Part shown: piece after piece, positions 18,214-28,922 of the stretch | Position numbering within the stretch: the stretch's first letter is position 1 | How the letters are laid out: each line of letters opens with the position of its first letter | DNA from: Candidatus Nomurabacteria bacterium | GTDB taxonomy: Bacteria > Patescibacteriota > Minisyncoccia > Phycocordibacterales > UBA918 | Direction: 5' to 3' | Assembly: GCA_023898525.1 (NCBI GenBank) | Contig: CP060227.1 | Span: forward strand, 893,932 to 957,931 | Length of the DNA stretch: 64,000 bases | Notes under the pieces: model-generated | What the model saw: only the letters and a program-made list of their open reading frames with translations | What the model was told of the DNA's origin: nothing | The model's database searches: none | Position numbers and translations under genes: made by a program

Positions 18214-19758
18214 GTGTACAGAAAGACATGCAATAGTATTTGGTTCTCGGTATCATTGATGTCAATGAATGACACTAAGACACATCCTCGTAAAATCTCT
18301 AAATTTAAAATATTTGTGCGTGTTGTTTTGGTGGTGGTCCTGGTAATCGGACTGTTTAATGTTTTTAAACCATTGCCAACCAATACAAATTTAACTGGTG
18401 GTGTATTTTCGGTTCCGGATGATAGTGTAACTTTTTTAAGAGATAAAACTTACCTAGACAGCAACGGTCAGATTCAGTCAGAGCAGGAGATATTTGACGA
18501 GGTAATAAAAATGATTGAAGGGGCAAACCACTACATATTAGTAGATATGTTTTTATATAATGATTTTTTGGGTACTGCCACTACTTCATATCGTAGTCTG
18601 AGCAAAGAGTTGACCGAAGTATTGCTAAAAAAGAAAAAAGAAAATCCTGATGTAGTAATTCAGGTTGTTTCCGACCCGATTAATACCTTGTACGGTGAAT
18701 ACGCTTCGCTACAGTTTCAGACTCTTCGTGGAGCGGGGGTGGAGGTAACGTTAACTGACCTAACTAAACTTCGAGATAGCAACCCAATATACAGTGCTTT
18801 TTGGCTAACCTTTTTACAGTGGGTGCCAGAAAAGGCTGATCAAGGCAGGCTGGCTAATATTTTGGATGCTAATAAGACCAAAGTCGATATTCAAGCTTAC
18901 TTAAACATACTTAATTTTAAGGCTAACCACCGCAAGGTTGTTTTGGCGGATTATGAAAGGGAAGGGAGACTTGGTGTTTCCACCCTCATAACCTCTGCCA
19001 ATCCACATGATGGTTCTAGTCGACACACCAATACTGCGATTAAGGTAGATGACTGGTTGTGGCTGGATGTTATAAAAAGCGAAGAGGCAGTAGTGCGCTT
19101 TTCTGGCGGTGATTTTACACCTTTACCGCCAGAGTTGAGTGGAAATGTTGTTGATCTAGTCGGTGATACTAAAGTTCAACTGCTAACAGAACAGGCGATT
19201 AAAGCAAAAATTTTGGAAAAGATAAACGAACTTGGAGTTGGTCATTCCTTGGACATTAGCATGTTTTACATCTCAGATCGTGATATAGTCGAGACCTTAA
19301 AACAAGCTGATCAGCGCGGAGTTAATATTCGGCTATTATTTGATCCAAACAAAGATGCTTTTGGGCGAGAAAAAAACGGTGTCCCCAATCGACAGGTAGC
19401 TTATGAGTTGATGAGTAGTTCAAAGGGTAATACACAAGTGCGTTGGTGTAATACTCACGGTGAACAGTGTCACACTAAACTATTGTTAGCCAAGACTCCA
19501 ATGCAAGTATCTTTGATTCAGGGCTCGGCTAATTATACGAGAAGAAATTTAGACAACTACAACCTAGAAACCAATGTCTTGGTGGAAGGTGAGGCCTCAA
19601 CTTCGGCTATTGCAGCTAGTCAAAAATTCTTTGACGAACAGTGGGGAAATGAAGGTGGAATTGAATACTCATTACCTTATGAAGCTTTCAAGGACAGTAA
19701 CCCTTTCCGAAAAATTCACTATCGTCTGTTTGAGTTTACCGGGTTTAGTAATTGGTAG
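18214..19758 (+). CDS. Phospholipase D-family protein (cardiolipin synthase-like) with two HKD motifs and an N-terminal TM anchor
   Basis: HRKVVLAD...SANPHD and HTKLLLAK...GSANYTRRN HKD motifs. Confidence 0.65.
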   Translation: MYRKTCNSIWFSVSLMSMNDTKTHPRKISKFKIFVRVVLVVVLVIGLFNVFKPLPTNTNLTGGVFSVPDDSVTFLRDKTYLDSNGQIQSEQEIFDEVIKMIEGANHYILVDMFLYNDFLGTATTSYRSLSKELTEVLLKKKKENPDVVIQVVSDPINTLYGEYASLQFQTLRGAGVEVTLTDLTKLRDSNPIYSAFWLTFLQWVPEKADQGRLANILDANKTKVDIQAYLNILNFKANHRKVVLADYEREGRLGVSTLITSANPHDGSSRHTNTAIKVDDWLWLDVIKSEEAVVRFSGGDFTPLPPELSGNVVDLVGDTKVQLLTEQAIKAKILEKINELGVGHSLDISMFYISDRDIVETLKQADQRGVNIRLLFDPNKDAFGREKNGVPNRQVAYELMSSSKGNTQVRWCNTHGEQCHTKLLLAKTPMQVSLIQGSANYTRRNLDNYNLETNVLVEGEASTSAIAASQKFFDEQWGNEGGIEYSLPYEAFKDSNPFRKIHYRLFEFTGFSNW

Positions 19759-19813
19759 TTTGGAGTTTGTGTGTATTACAATCGACTACAAGTGTCCAAG
19801 ACAACAACAGTCT

Positions 19814-21463
19814 TTATTTAGGTGTGACTTTCTTTACTGCGCTGGTGAGCAGGCTTATATCTGCATCCACTTTTTTGTGGGGATTAAAGATGCGGTGCGG
19901 GTCAAATATTTCTTTAATTTCCAAAAAAACATCTAACATTTTTGGGGTAAACATTTTGTTTAGATAAGGGGTGCGGATCAGACCATCATTGTGTTCGCCG
20001 GTAATTGAGCCATGGTATTCTCCTACCAGCGTGTAGACACGGTCTGAGAGCTCATTGATAATTTTGATGAAGTCAGGTCGAGAAAAATCCATCAGAGGAA
20101 TAATGTGAAAATTACCATCACCAACATGGCCGGCTACAGTATAGATAAGTTTGTATTCATCAAGAATCTTGTATAAACGAGGTAGAAACTCTGGAAGATG
20201 CTTTGGTTCAACCGACAGGTCGTCAATAAATGGTGCGGTATGCTTGCCTTTGACATTTTCACGTAATAATTTAAAACTTTCTCGGCGGATAAGCCAAAAT
20301 TTATTAGCCTCTTCCTTATTAGCTGTTACGTGAATTGGTATATCGTATTTGTTACCTACAATGTGCCCAACGGTGCGAGCTCGGTTGGCTACCTCTTTAT
20401 CATCGTCACCAACAAACTCAGCCATCAAGACTAATTTTGGTATACCGCCGGTAAGAATAAGTCTGGTCTCAGGCCAAAAATCACGAGCTAATTTAAAAAT
20501 ATTACCACCAAGGCGCTTAAATAACTTTGGAAATACGCGCAACATAACCCCAAAGGTTTTGTCGTCGTATGATTCAAAGCTTTCCGGTTTGTATTTTAAT
20601 ACAGTATTTATGATCTCACCTAGCTTAGGCCAGTGTTTTGGTCTTAAGAACATAACCAACATCCTGGACTCATTTTTTGGCTGGACAAGATCAAAAGTAA
20701 TTTCGCTAATGAATCCAAGAGTCCCTTGCGAGCCCACAAAAAGTTGAGTTAGATCAAAAGTGTCAGCTTCTTTATCCCAGACGTTCCAGATACCATAGCC
20801 AGCTGAATTTTTGTTGACGGTCGGACGATTGGCTTTAATGGTATCGGTGTTTTGATGAATCAAATCCTCAACTCGGCGATAAATCTCACCTTCATAATCA
20901 GATTGAGATTTCTTAGCTTCAAGTTCAGGTCGAGAAAGTTTTTTGAATTCATACTCCACACCATCTTGTAAGACAACTTTAAGTGAGTGTACATACCGTT
21001 CGGTTTTGCCGTAGGTTAGTGATTTTTCACCGGCGGAGTTGTTGGCGACCATCCCACCGACAGTATTCAGTTCACGACTAGCGGTATAGCTAGGTAAAAG
21101 TGCTCCGTATTTTAGTGTTTCTGGTTCAAAGTCACGGTAGAAAACCCCTGGTTCGGTGGTGGCGTGTTTTTCGTCTACTTGTTTAATTTTGTTGAAATAC
21201 CGCAAAAAGTCAACGACAATTGAAGTAGTCAGCGGTCCGCCAGACATGTCGGTGCCAGCACTTCGAGCGGTAAGGGACATTTGGCCACGATGGCGGTGCG
21301 TATAGTGAATTAGGGTGGCTAAGTCAGCCACGTCTTTAGGATAGACCACCACCTCTGGTTGTAAGTGGAAAATACTAGTATCTTCACTGTATTTTTCTAG
21401 TGTCCGAGGGGAATCATCCACATCACCTTTAAATTCTTTTATGAAATCTTCAGAGAATTGCAT
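19814..21463 (-). CDS. FAD-linked oxidase (GlcD / D-lactate dehydrogenase-like)
   Basis: PCMH-type FAD-binding region (LTARSAGTDMSGGPL) and C-terminal FAD-oxidase domain. Confidence 0.7.
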   Translation of the reverse strand: MQFSEDFIKEFKGDVDDSPRTLEKYSEDTSIFHLQPEVVVYPKDVADLATLIHYTHRHRGQMSLTARSAGTDMSGGPLTTSIVVDFLRYFNKIKQVDEKHATTEPGVFYRDFEPETLKYGALLPSYTASRELNTVGGMVANNSAGEKSLTYGKTERYVHSLKVVLQDGVEYEFKKLSRPELEAKKSQSDYEGEIYRRVEDLIHQNTDTIKANRPTVNKNSAGYGIWNVWDKEADTFDLTQLFVGSQGTLGFISEITFDLVQPKNESRMLVMFLRPKHWPKLGEIINTVLKYKPESFESYDDKTFGVMLRVFPKLFKRLGGNIFKLARDFWPETRLILTGGIPKLVLMAEFVGDDDKEVANRARTVGHIVGNKYDIPIHVTANKEEANKFWLIRRESFKLLRENVKGKHTAPFIDDLSVEPKHLPEFLPRLYKILDEYKLIYTVAGHVGDGNFHIIPLMDFSRPDFIKIINELSDRVYTLVGEYHGSITGEHNDGLIRTPYLNKMFTPKMLDVFLEIKEIFDPHRIFNPHKKVDADISLLTSAVKKVTPK

Positions 21464-21669
21464 AAGAAAGATCTCTATTTGAAAAGATTAACCATAAAAC
21501 TAGTATAGCTTAAAATCTAGTTGGAGATAAATCTGAAGAGTGTTTTGTGGGGATACTTTATATGATCGTTTAAAAGTTGTTTACTATATTTAGTAATACA
21601 CAGAAAGACAAAAATACCAAAAAACTCATTTTTCCCACTGCTATAATAATAAAATAACCCACATTATCT

Positions 21670-24600
21670 GTGCCCACCCTCCACCACCTCCTCCAAACCA
21701 CCCTCACCTTCCTCTTCACCCTCACCCTCTCTTTTGTCAGTGTATACATCCCTCAACCATACCACCAAGTCAACCACGCCGAAGCCGGAGTCGCCACCTT
21801 CAGTGGTCAGTTGATGGGTCTGGCCGAACAAGCCGTCAGTGCCGCCGCCAACGTGATGTCAGCGGCTATTGAGTCGGTCATCAGATTCAAGGAACTAGTC
21901 TGGGACCCCTTAGCCTGGAGTGTGGCCAAGGGCATGATCGCTGTCATGACTGCCAGTGTGGTCAGGTGGATCAACTCCGGTTTCCAAGGTTCCCCCGCCT
22001 TTGTCCAAGACCTGGAATACTACCTCTCCCGGGTTGGAGACCGAGTCTTTGGTGAATTCGTCAACGAACTCGGTATCGCCCCCTTTGTCTGCCGCCCCTT
22101 TAGACTTGACCTCCAAATCGCCCTCAACATCGGCTACCAAAGACACTACCGCGCCGGTTACCCAATTGGCGCCACCTACTGCAGCCTCGAAGGTGCTCTT
22201 GCCAACATCGACAACTTTGTTAACGGTAGCTTCAATGACGGTGGTTGGGACACTTGGTACACTGTCACCACCAGACCCAACACCTATACCCCCTATGGTA
22301 ACTTCCTCTCCGTCAGTGGTGAAGCGGCTCTCAGAATCAACAACCAACAAGTTAACGCCACCCGTTTCCTAAACTTCGGTGACGGTTTCATGTCCAAAGC
22401 CATCTGTTCCCAAATCCCCCTCATCACCGGCGGAGCGATCACCAGAGAACGTTGTGCTGTCTCCACTCCGGGACAAGTCATCAACCAAACTCTTAACCAC
22501 CACCTTGGGGCCGGTCTCGACAGTCTCATTGCCGCTGATGAGATCGGTGAGATCATTGGAGCTCTGGTGGGCCAACTGGCACAAAAGTCCCTGGAAGGCG
22601 CGGCCGGACTCCTTGGTCTCTCCGGTGGCACCGGCTACACCGACCCTAGCTACGGTACCTCCTACCTGGATGCTGCTATTACCCAGCAAGCCGCTAGCTC
22701 CTCTGAAGCGGTGGCCCAAGCTGACCAACTCTCCAACAACACCTACAACCAAGCCGCCAACCAAGCCGAACAACAAGGACAACAAAGAGCTGATAATGCA
22801 CAGGCGGGAGCGGATAGTACGACGAATACTGGTATTGATACTACTAATATAGACCAAGCTCTCCAGAATTTGATTGATATTCTTGGTGGGGGTGGTACCA
22901 TAATCACCCCAACTGACCCTAACACCACCACCCCACCAATTGGTCTTAGTGGTCCAATTGGACCGCAACCCGTCGCCGCTACTCCACTTTCCAGTGGTAC
23001 CATCTTCGCTGCCCCTAACGGTTCTGGTACCGCTTGTACCGAAGTGATACCGTGTACCATCCAAACCGCGATTGATAAAGCTAGAGCCGGGGATGTGGTG
23101 TTCTTATTTGGAGGAACGTATCAAGTATCTAAAAATATCGACTTCAACAACCAAGGTACCGCTGCTAATCCAGTGATCTATGAGAGTTATCCGGGGGAGA
23201 AGGCGGTGTTTGATGGGAGTACTTCACCTCAATCAAGTTGGGCTCAGATGCGCATCAGTGGTAATTTTATCTACATAAGAGGAATGGTTATTAGGGAGAT
23301 GCCGAAAAAAGGTTTAGAAGTCCTTGGAGCTGACAATCTAATTGAAGGTATGGAGGTTTATAACAATACTCTATCAGGTATTCAAATACAGGCTGGGGAT
23401 GGAGCTGGTACCACAGTAGCGTCACGAAACATCATTCGCAACAATATTGTTCGAGACAATTCAGCTGCTGGTTTGTTCGAGGCTGTATACAACGATGGTG
23501 GTAATACAGATGGTATTGCTATTAGTTATGGTTATGATAATAGAATAGAAAACAATCTGGTGTACAGGAACTCTGATGATGGTATAGACACATGGCGAGG
23601 TGTTCGAAGTTATGTAGGGTATAACATTTCTTACTCAAACGGCATAGCTAAGGGCGAAGGTAATGGTGTCAAAGCTGGCGGATCTTCTCCAAGTAAAGAT
23701 ACGGTAGTAGAGCGCAACTTGGTATATTCAAACAAGAGCAACGGTATTAATTATAATTCTGGAGTAAACGTAACAATGTCATACAACACCACATGGAATA
23801 ACGGATTAGTGGGTTACAAGGTTGGTTCAGATACTATTCTTACTAAGAATATTTCGTCTGGTGGAGTTGAGAAGAATGGTGCTGGTATCGAAAGCAACAA
23901 CTCCTGGCAACGCTCCGGTACCGTCCAGTTCATCAGTACCGACCCTAACTCACCTGACTTCTTAAGACCGACAGTTGGAGGAGGATTTGAGGATATTGGA
24001 GTATATGCTGGGACCACTGCAGTTAGTCCTAGTCAACCTTCTACTGTGCCGGTGGACGTGTATCTAATCGGTGATTCCACTGTGTCTAGTGGTTCAGGTT
24101 GGGGTGATTTCCTTAAGGATTACTTACGAACTGAGGCAACTGTAATTAACGCGGCAATTAGTGGCAGAAGTAGCAAGTCTTACTACGATGAGGGTAGTTT
24201 CAACTCAGTTCGTAGCTCTCTAGCCCCTGGTGATTATTTACTAATCCAATTTGGACATAATGATCAGCATCTTGATGATATTCATTACACAAATCCAGGC
24301 ACTGCACCGGCATACAACGGAACTTTTCGTGATTATCTCGAACTTTATATAAATGAGGCCCGTGCCAAAGGTGCAATACCGGTTTTAATTACTCCCGTCA
24401 GTCGCATGGTTTTTACCTCAACCGATCAACATATTCGATCACATGGAGAATACGCTCCAGCTGTTCGTAAGATTGCGGCTGATAACAATGTGATCCTTTT
24501 GGATCTAGAAGAACGTAGTCACCAGGTGTTCAATAATTTAGGAGAAACTCAAACATTACAACTATATGCCGGTTATGGTGGTACTTTTGATGACAGAACC

Positions 24601-24696
24601 CACTTCCCACCAGAAAAAGCATTCCGTGTTACTGAAATGGTAGTGACACTGTTGCGTAATTCGTCTAGTCTTCTGCGTGGATACCTGTTAAATTGA
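21670..24696 (+). CDS. Giant secreted protein with a right-handed parallel beta-helix (pectate-lyase-like) region and a C-terminal SGNH/GDSL hydrolase domain
   Basis: N-terminal TM/signal; beta-helix-like repeats (NNIVRDNSAAG, NNLVYRNSDDGIDTW, ERNLVYSNKSNGIN). The C-terminus has a GDS-type block (VYLIGDSTVSSGSGWG) and a GHND block. Confidence 0.55.
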   Translation: MPTLHHLLQTTLTFLFTLTLSFVSVYIPQPYHQVNHAEAGVATFSGQLMGLAEQAVSAAANVMSAAIESVIRFKELVWDPLAWSVAKGMIAVMTASVVRWINSGFQGSPAFVQDLEYYLSRVGDRVFGEFVNELGIAPFVCRPFRLDLQIALNIGYQRHYRAGYPIGATYCSLEGALANIDNFVNGSFNDGGWDTWYTVTTRPNTYTPYGNFLSVSGEAALRINNQQVNATRFLNFGDGFMSKAICSQIPLITGGAITRERCAVSTPGQVINQTLNHHLGAGLDSLIAADEIGEIIGALVGQLAQKSLEGAAGLLGLSGGTGYTDPSYGTSYLDAAITQQAASSSEAVAQADQLSNNTYNQAANQAEQQGQQRADNAQAGADSTTNTGIDTTNIDQALQNLIDILGGGGTIITPTDPNTTTPPIGLSGPIGPQPVAATPLSSGTIFAAPNGSGTACTEVIPCTIQTAIDKARAGDVVFLFGGTYQVSKNIDFNNQGTAANPVIYESYPGEKAVFDGSTSPQSSWAQMRISGNFIYIRGMVIREMPKKGLEVLGADNLIEGMEVYNNTLSGIQIQAGDGAGTTVASRNIIRNNIVRDNSAAGLFEAVYNDGGNTDGIAISYGYDNRIENNLVYRNSDDGIDTWRGVRSYVGYNISYSNGIAKGEGNGVKAGGSSPSKDTVVERNLVYSNKSNGINYNSGVNVTMSYNTTWNNGLVGYKVGSDTILTKNISSGGVEKNGAGIESNNSWQRSGTVQFISTDPNSPDFLRPTVGGGFEDIGVYAGTTAVSPSQPSTVPVDVYLIGDSTVSSGSGWGDFLKDYLRTEATVINAAISGRSSKSYYDEGSFNSVRSSLAPGDYLLIQFGHNDQHLDDIHYTNPGTAPAYNGTFRDYLELYINEARAKGAIPVLITPVSRMVFTSTDQHIRSHGEYAPAVRKIAADNNVILLDLEERSHQVFNNLGETQTLQLYAGYGGTFDDRTHFPPEKAFRVTEMVVTLLRNSSSLLRGYLLN

Positions 24697-24754
24697 TTGA
24701 GGTTCAGGGATGATAAAAACAACCACTCGCGTGCGAGCGGTTGTTTTTAGAATA

Positions 24755-26176
24755 TTACATCTTCTCTACCATCATCATATTAGTTGCCCCAGGCTTTCCA
24801 AATGGCACGCCGGCTCCGATTATGAATAGGTCGTCGGCTTCGGCTATGTGATAGTTACGTAAAACGCGCTTGGCGCTCTGGCGAGCGGCGACCAAACTCT
24901 TTACTCTTTCGATCAAGACCGGCTCACAGCCATAAATTATCAATGCCTGGTTGTAAGTGACTTGGTTTGGGGTACAAACCAAAATCGGCACACGTGGACG
25001 ATAACGGGCTACCATACGGCCTGTGTACCCACTCTCACTAAAGGCTACTATCGCTTTAGCTTTTACCGAGGCAGCGGTCTTCGCAATAGATTGACTAACG
25101 GCATCATAGACAGTTTTAGCTGAGAAATCCCAATCCGATTGATGTTGAATAAAAAACTGGTCAGCCTCCGTCTCGTGAGCAATTCTAGACATTATTTCTA
25201 TGGTGTGGGCCGGATGTTCACCGACAGCGGTTTCGTCAGATAACATTACAGCATCGGTGCCGTCCAATATAGCATTGGCTATGTCAGCTACTTCGGCTCG
25301 AGTAGGGGTAGTGGAAACGCGCATTGAATCCAGCATCTGGGTCGCTGTGATGACGGGCTTTCCAGCTTGGTTGGCTGTGTGGATGATGTGTTTTTGTAGC
25401 ATAGGTACATTTTCTAGTGGTGTCTCAATAGCCAAGTCTCCGCGGGCGACCATGATTACATCCGCTTCAGCGACAATCTCGTCAAGATTATCAATAGCAA
25501 ATTTTGTTTCAATCTTAGCCACTATGTTTACTTTTCTAGTTTTCTCTGCCAAGCGTCGTAGTTGACGAATGTCGGCAGCACTGCGGACGAATGATAGAGT
25601 AACAAAATCGACACCTTGTTCCAAACCAAAAGCCAGATCTTTTTTATCTTTTGGGGTTAGGGAAGAGATAGATAGATTTGCTTCAGGAATATTCACGCCA
25701 CGGCGACCACGGATTTGTCCCCCGACGATTACGGTAGTGTGAATTTCTGAGCCTTTAATTTTATCAACTAAGAGTTTTTGCTTACCATCGTTAAGATAAA
25801 TGTACATGCCAACTTCAACTTCAAGCGGTAATTTGGCGTAGTTAACAAAGACACGTGTAGCTGTTCCCACACACCTTTTTGTTGTTAAGATAAGTGATTC
25901 GCCAGGTATTAGAGTGACTTGTTCGGTTTCAAAATCACCGATCCGGATTTTTGGACCTGATAGGTCTTGCAAGATAGCTATTGGTCGTTTGGCACGTTTG
26001 GCCGCGAGACGGGCATTTTTTATCAGTTCGGCATGAGTATTATGATCGCCGTGACTCATGTTGATGCGAGCAACTGTTAATCCAGCTGTAAGCATATTCT
26101 GAATCACTGGCACCTTATTTGAATTGGGTCCCAAGGTCGCAACAATTTTGGTCTTTGAATTAAAAGGTTGACTCAT
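24755..26176 (-). CDS. pyk: Pyruvate kinase
   Basis: KIVATLGP, ARINMSHGD, MVARGDL and the C-terminal allosteric domain. Confidence 0.85.
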   Translation of the reverse strand: MSQPFNSKTKIVATLGPNSNKVPVIQNMLTAGLTVARINMSHGDHNTHAELIKNARLAAKRAKRPIAILQDLSGPKIRIGDFETEQVTLIPGESLILTTKRCVGTATRVFVNYAKLPLEVEVGMYIYLNDGKQKLLVDKIKGSEIHTTVIVGGQIRGRRGVNIPEANLSISSLTPKDKKDLAFGLEQGVDFVTLSFVRSAADIRQLRRLAEKTRKVNIVAKIETKFAIDNLDEIVAEADVIMVARGDLAIETPLENVPMLQKHIIHTANQAGKPVITATQMLDSMRVSTTPTRAEVADIANAILDGTDAVMLSDETAVGEHPAHTIEIMSRIAHETEADQFFIQHQSDWDFSAKTVYDAVSQSIAKTAASVKAKAIVAFSESGYTGRMVARYRPRVPILVCTPNQVTYNQALIIYGCEPVLIERVKSLVAARQSAKRVLRNYHIAEADDLFIIGAGVPFGKPGATNMMMVEKM

Positions 26177-26431
26177 ACAAAAGCGGTAATTAAAACGTAG
26201 TAAAGATTACCTAGTATAACATTTTGTGTGGAGACGTAGTCATGTTTTGTGACCCTAGACGACCTTGGATAGAACATTATTGAAAACTACGTTATATCCT
26301 GGCTATCGCAGATGGGGCTTGTCGTCTATATGCTAGAAGTTCAAGAATTAACAGTTTAAAAGTTATGTCTTTGATTGTAATTCATACCCTTATGTCTAGA
26401 GAATACTAAAGTAAATGACCAAAAACGTACC

Positions 26432-26626
26432 ACCATAAACAAAAAAGCCTTCCTCGCTAATTACAGCGACTGCTACCTCCGCATCAACCGCACCTGCAAA
26501 AAGAAAGGAATTGGCCGCCACACTTACTACGATTGGCTTAAAAATAATCCTGTGTTTAAGAGACAAATGGATGAGAACTGCCGTAGATCAGAGCTATACA
26601 AAGGCAATGTTAGCTGACGAATAGGC
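26432..26626 (+). pseudogene. Fragment of an HTH-domain gene (phage/IS-associated homeodomain-like HTH); no start codon in frame
   Basis: Translation KAFLANYSDCY..INRTCKKKGIGRHTYYDWLKNNPVFKRQMDE resembles terminase-small/transposase-helper HTH proteins. An in-frame stop lies just upstream, and a paralogous fragment follows. Confidence 0.3.
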
Positions 26627-26639
26627 ACGAAACGGAGTA

Positions 26640-26834
26640 TTGGGAGTCACTTTAGTTACCAAACTATTAGGTGTTAGTCGTTGGACGTACTATAACTGGA
26701 GGAATAATGACTTTCATTTTAATCAGCTAGTCGATAAGGAAATTAAGACTAAGAAAGGAAGTATTAGGAGGCTAAGACTATGTAAAAGAGTATCCACTCT
26801 ACAAAAAGATGTAAACAAACCGTATGTTTGCTAA
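26640..26834 (+). CDS. Small HTH-like protein, paralogous to the upstream fragment
   Basis: LLGVSRWTYYNWRNND shares the G(V/I)SRxTYYxW motif with the 26432-26626 fragment. Confidence 0.3.
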   Translation: MGVTLVTKLLGVSRWTYYNWRNNDFHFNQLVDKEIKTKKGSIRRLRLCKRVSTLQKDVNKPYVC

Positions 26835-26869
26835 CAGTTTTAAACATTTACGGGTTAAATTTAGACGGC

Positions 26870-27379
26870 CTAATCTTTACAGTTTGTACAATAGCCCGGA
26901 TGGCTTACTGGTCGATTTATGTGCGACCTGCATTCACCTTGCAAACAAAAATACACCGCACTGTTAATATCAAAGTCTTCCGCCCATTCGGTATTGGGAA
27001 ACTTACACTCGTCTGGCTTTCCTACGGGACAAAATCTAACGCTTATTTGTATAATTCTTTGACTCGAGTCATTAGGGTCTTCCCAGTTATCCCAGTCAAA
27101 AACACTGCCGGGCCAAGCTGCGTCAGGCCAATTATTATCTCCTGCCAAAAATTCTTCTAGTCCAGGAGGTAAGTCTCTATTAGTATCAGCTGGGTACTCA
27201 CCGTATTTATTTTGGTACATTTGGATTGCCTGATTAAAAGATCTGAATTCTTGTTCAGCACGAACTAAATAGGCTACTTCTCGAGCTTTATTTACTTGAG
27301 GAAATACTACACTTGCTAGCACACCGATAATGGCGATAGTGATAAGTAACTCAATAAGGGTAAATCCAGACTGTTTCAT
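26870..27379 (-). CDS. Type IV pilin / pseudopilin-like protein with a prepilin N-terminal methylation motif
   Basis: MKQSGFTLIELLITIAIIGVLASVV (G|FTLIEL class III signal) and a Cys-rich C-terminal domain. Confidence 0.65.
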   Translation of the reverse strand: MKQSGFTLIELLITIAIIGVLASVVFPQVNKAREVAYLVRAEQEFRSFNQAIQMYQNKYGEYPADTNRDLPPGLEEFLAGDNNWPDAAWPGSVFDWDNWEDPNDSSQRIIQISVRFCPVGKPDECKFPNTEWAEDFDINSAVYFCLQGECRSHINRPVSHPGYCTNCKD

Positions 27380-27639
27380 AATGTTATTTTAGCATGTTGC
27401 ATGTAAATACTATTCAAAGAATATTACCATCGCCTTTCAAGGCGGGGCTTTTTGTTACCATGTAGGTAATGTCACCAATTATAAAAAAGTCACACAGTGC
27501 CAGTGAACTGGTTTACCACTTTGTATTCCATATGAAATACAGAATCAAGGTTTATCAGAATACAAACAATTACACCACCAACTCTTCTTTGTTTTAACCC
27601 AAAAACTCTCTTCATGTGCCACTGATACCCCCCCCATGC

Positions 27640-27661
27640 CTTCAGGTCGGGGTAGTTCATT
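27640..27661. repeat. Solo copy of the IS200-like element end sequence
   Basis: cggggtagttcatt is identical to the right-end segment at 29851-29864. Confidence 0.4.
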
Positions 27662-27769
27662 AGAAGTAAATCTGGTGCTCATTACGGTACTTATCATTGT
27701 GGAGTCAGTAATAACCCTGCAAGAAATCACAAGTATCACAGAATCGCAAAGGAAACCTTTGAAGCTCAA

Positions 27770-28111
27770 GTGAAGAAATTTCTAACTAAAATTGAGTTTA
27801 CTGGAGAATACTTAGAAGCTTTTGAAAAGGTCTTGATAAATAAATATCGAGAAAGTGAGAAAGAGATAATACACACATCATCTTACGTGAACAGACACAT
27901 AGCTGATCTCCAAGCAGAGCAGGCAATGATTATTGATAAACTGCCACTTGTCGAAAGTGTTATTGCTAGTAAGAAATTGGAAGAAAAGATAGAAGCACTT
28001 CAAATTGAAATTGACGGTGCTAGAGAGCAAAGAGATGATTTAGAAATAAAAGAGCACGACATTAGGTCTTATATTCGTAATGCAAGGTATTTAATGGAAC
28101 ACCAAAACTAG
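27770..28111 (+). CDS. Hypothetical coiled-coil protein
   Basis: 113-aa ORF predicted to be mostly coiled-coil. Confidence 0.3.
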   Translation: MKKFLTKIEFTGEYLEAFEKVLINKYRESEKEIIHTSSYVNRHIADLQAEQAMIIDKLPLVESVIASKKLEEKIEALQIEIDGAREQRDDLEIKEHDIRSYIRNARYLMEHQN

Positions 28112-28679
28112 CCCTTACTTACAAGGTATCTGAAGAATTTAAACGAGATAAGTCTCAATTGGTGAACCATACCGCGCCACATCTCGAACTTTTGATACAA
28201 AACCGAATGATAGTTCAAAGAAAATATTCAAGTTGATACATGACAAAGAACCACCAGACAGGTCAGAACCAAAAGCGGCATAACCAAACTTTTTCATATC
28301 TATTATGTTATCAAGTTGAGTCTAATGTGATAAGAGGAGAAAAAAGTTGTTTCTGGTATAATTTAGATGGGCTAACGCTCATTTACTATTAATTTCATGT
28401 ATATGATATTCATAGAAAAATTTGAGCTAGTTCCTACAATATTCGGCTAGTCATCCACAAAAGTGTGGAATTTGATCATTGCTAATCAGTGAGCAAGAGA
28501 TCGTACACCATACTCTGACTTTTTTGTCTAGCGGTGAGTATGATACGACCGGGGCTAGAGCATGACGAATATCGTGATGTGGGAAGATGTATCATGTTGC
28601 ATAAGCCCAAAAAGCAGTATACGGAATACTGCGGAACATAGCTCCTAAAAACCACCATAAGGTGGTTTTTAGTTTCTGG

Positions 28680-28922
28680 CTATTTAGCCTCACCTCTACA
28701 TTCCAAACAATCACATTTAGGGAATGATTTGATTTCATCCAACCGACCCTCTTTTTCTAGTCTTAGAAAGATACGGTATAGAACAGCTAGGTAAGCTCTA
28801 AAATTCACCGTCGCTTTCTTTAATTCTTCGTCACTAGCGTCCGGCATGAAGTACCGTACAATTTCAGCGATTTCCGGTGGTGGTGGGTATTTTTTCATAT
28901 TAGCAAGTAAAGCAAAATACAA
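28680..28922 (-). CDS. Hypothetical protein
   Basis: 80-aa ORF followed by the hairpin aaaaaccaccataaggtggttttt at 28648. Confidence 0.25.
   Translation of the reverse strand: MYFALLANMKKYPPPPEIAEIVRYFMPDASDEELKKATVNFRAYLAVLYRIFLRLEKEGRLDEIKSFPKCDCLECRGEAK

Noticed and set aside
27770-28111. A C-terminal coiled-coil fragment of a second large serine recombinase
   Set aside because: The upstream in-frame sequence hits a stop within 40 codons and shows no recombinase domain. The similarity was only to generic coiled-coil composition.
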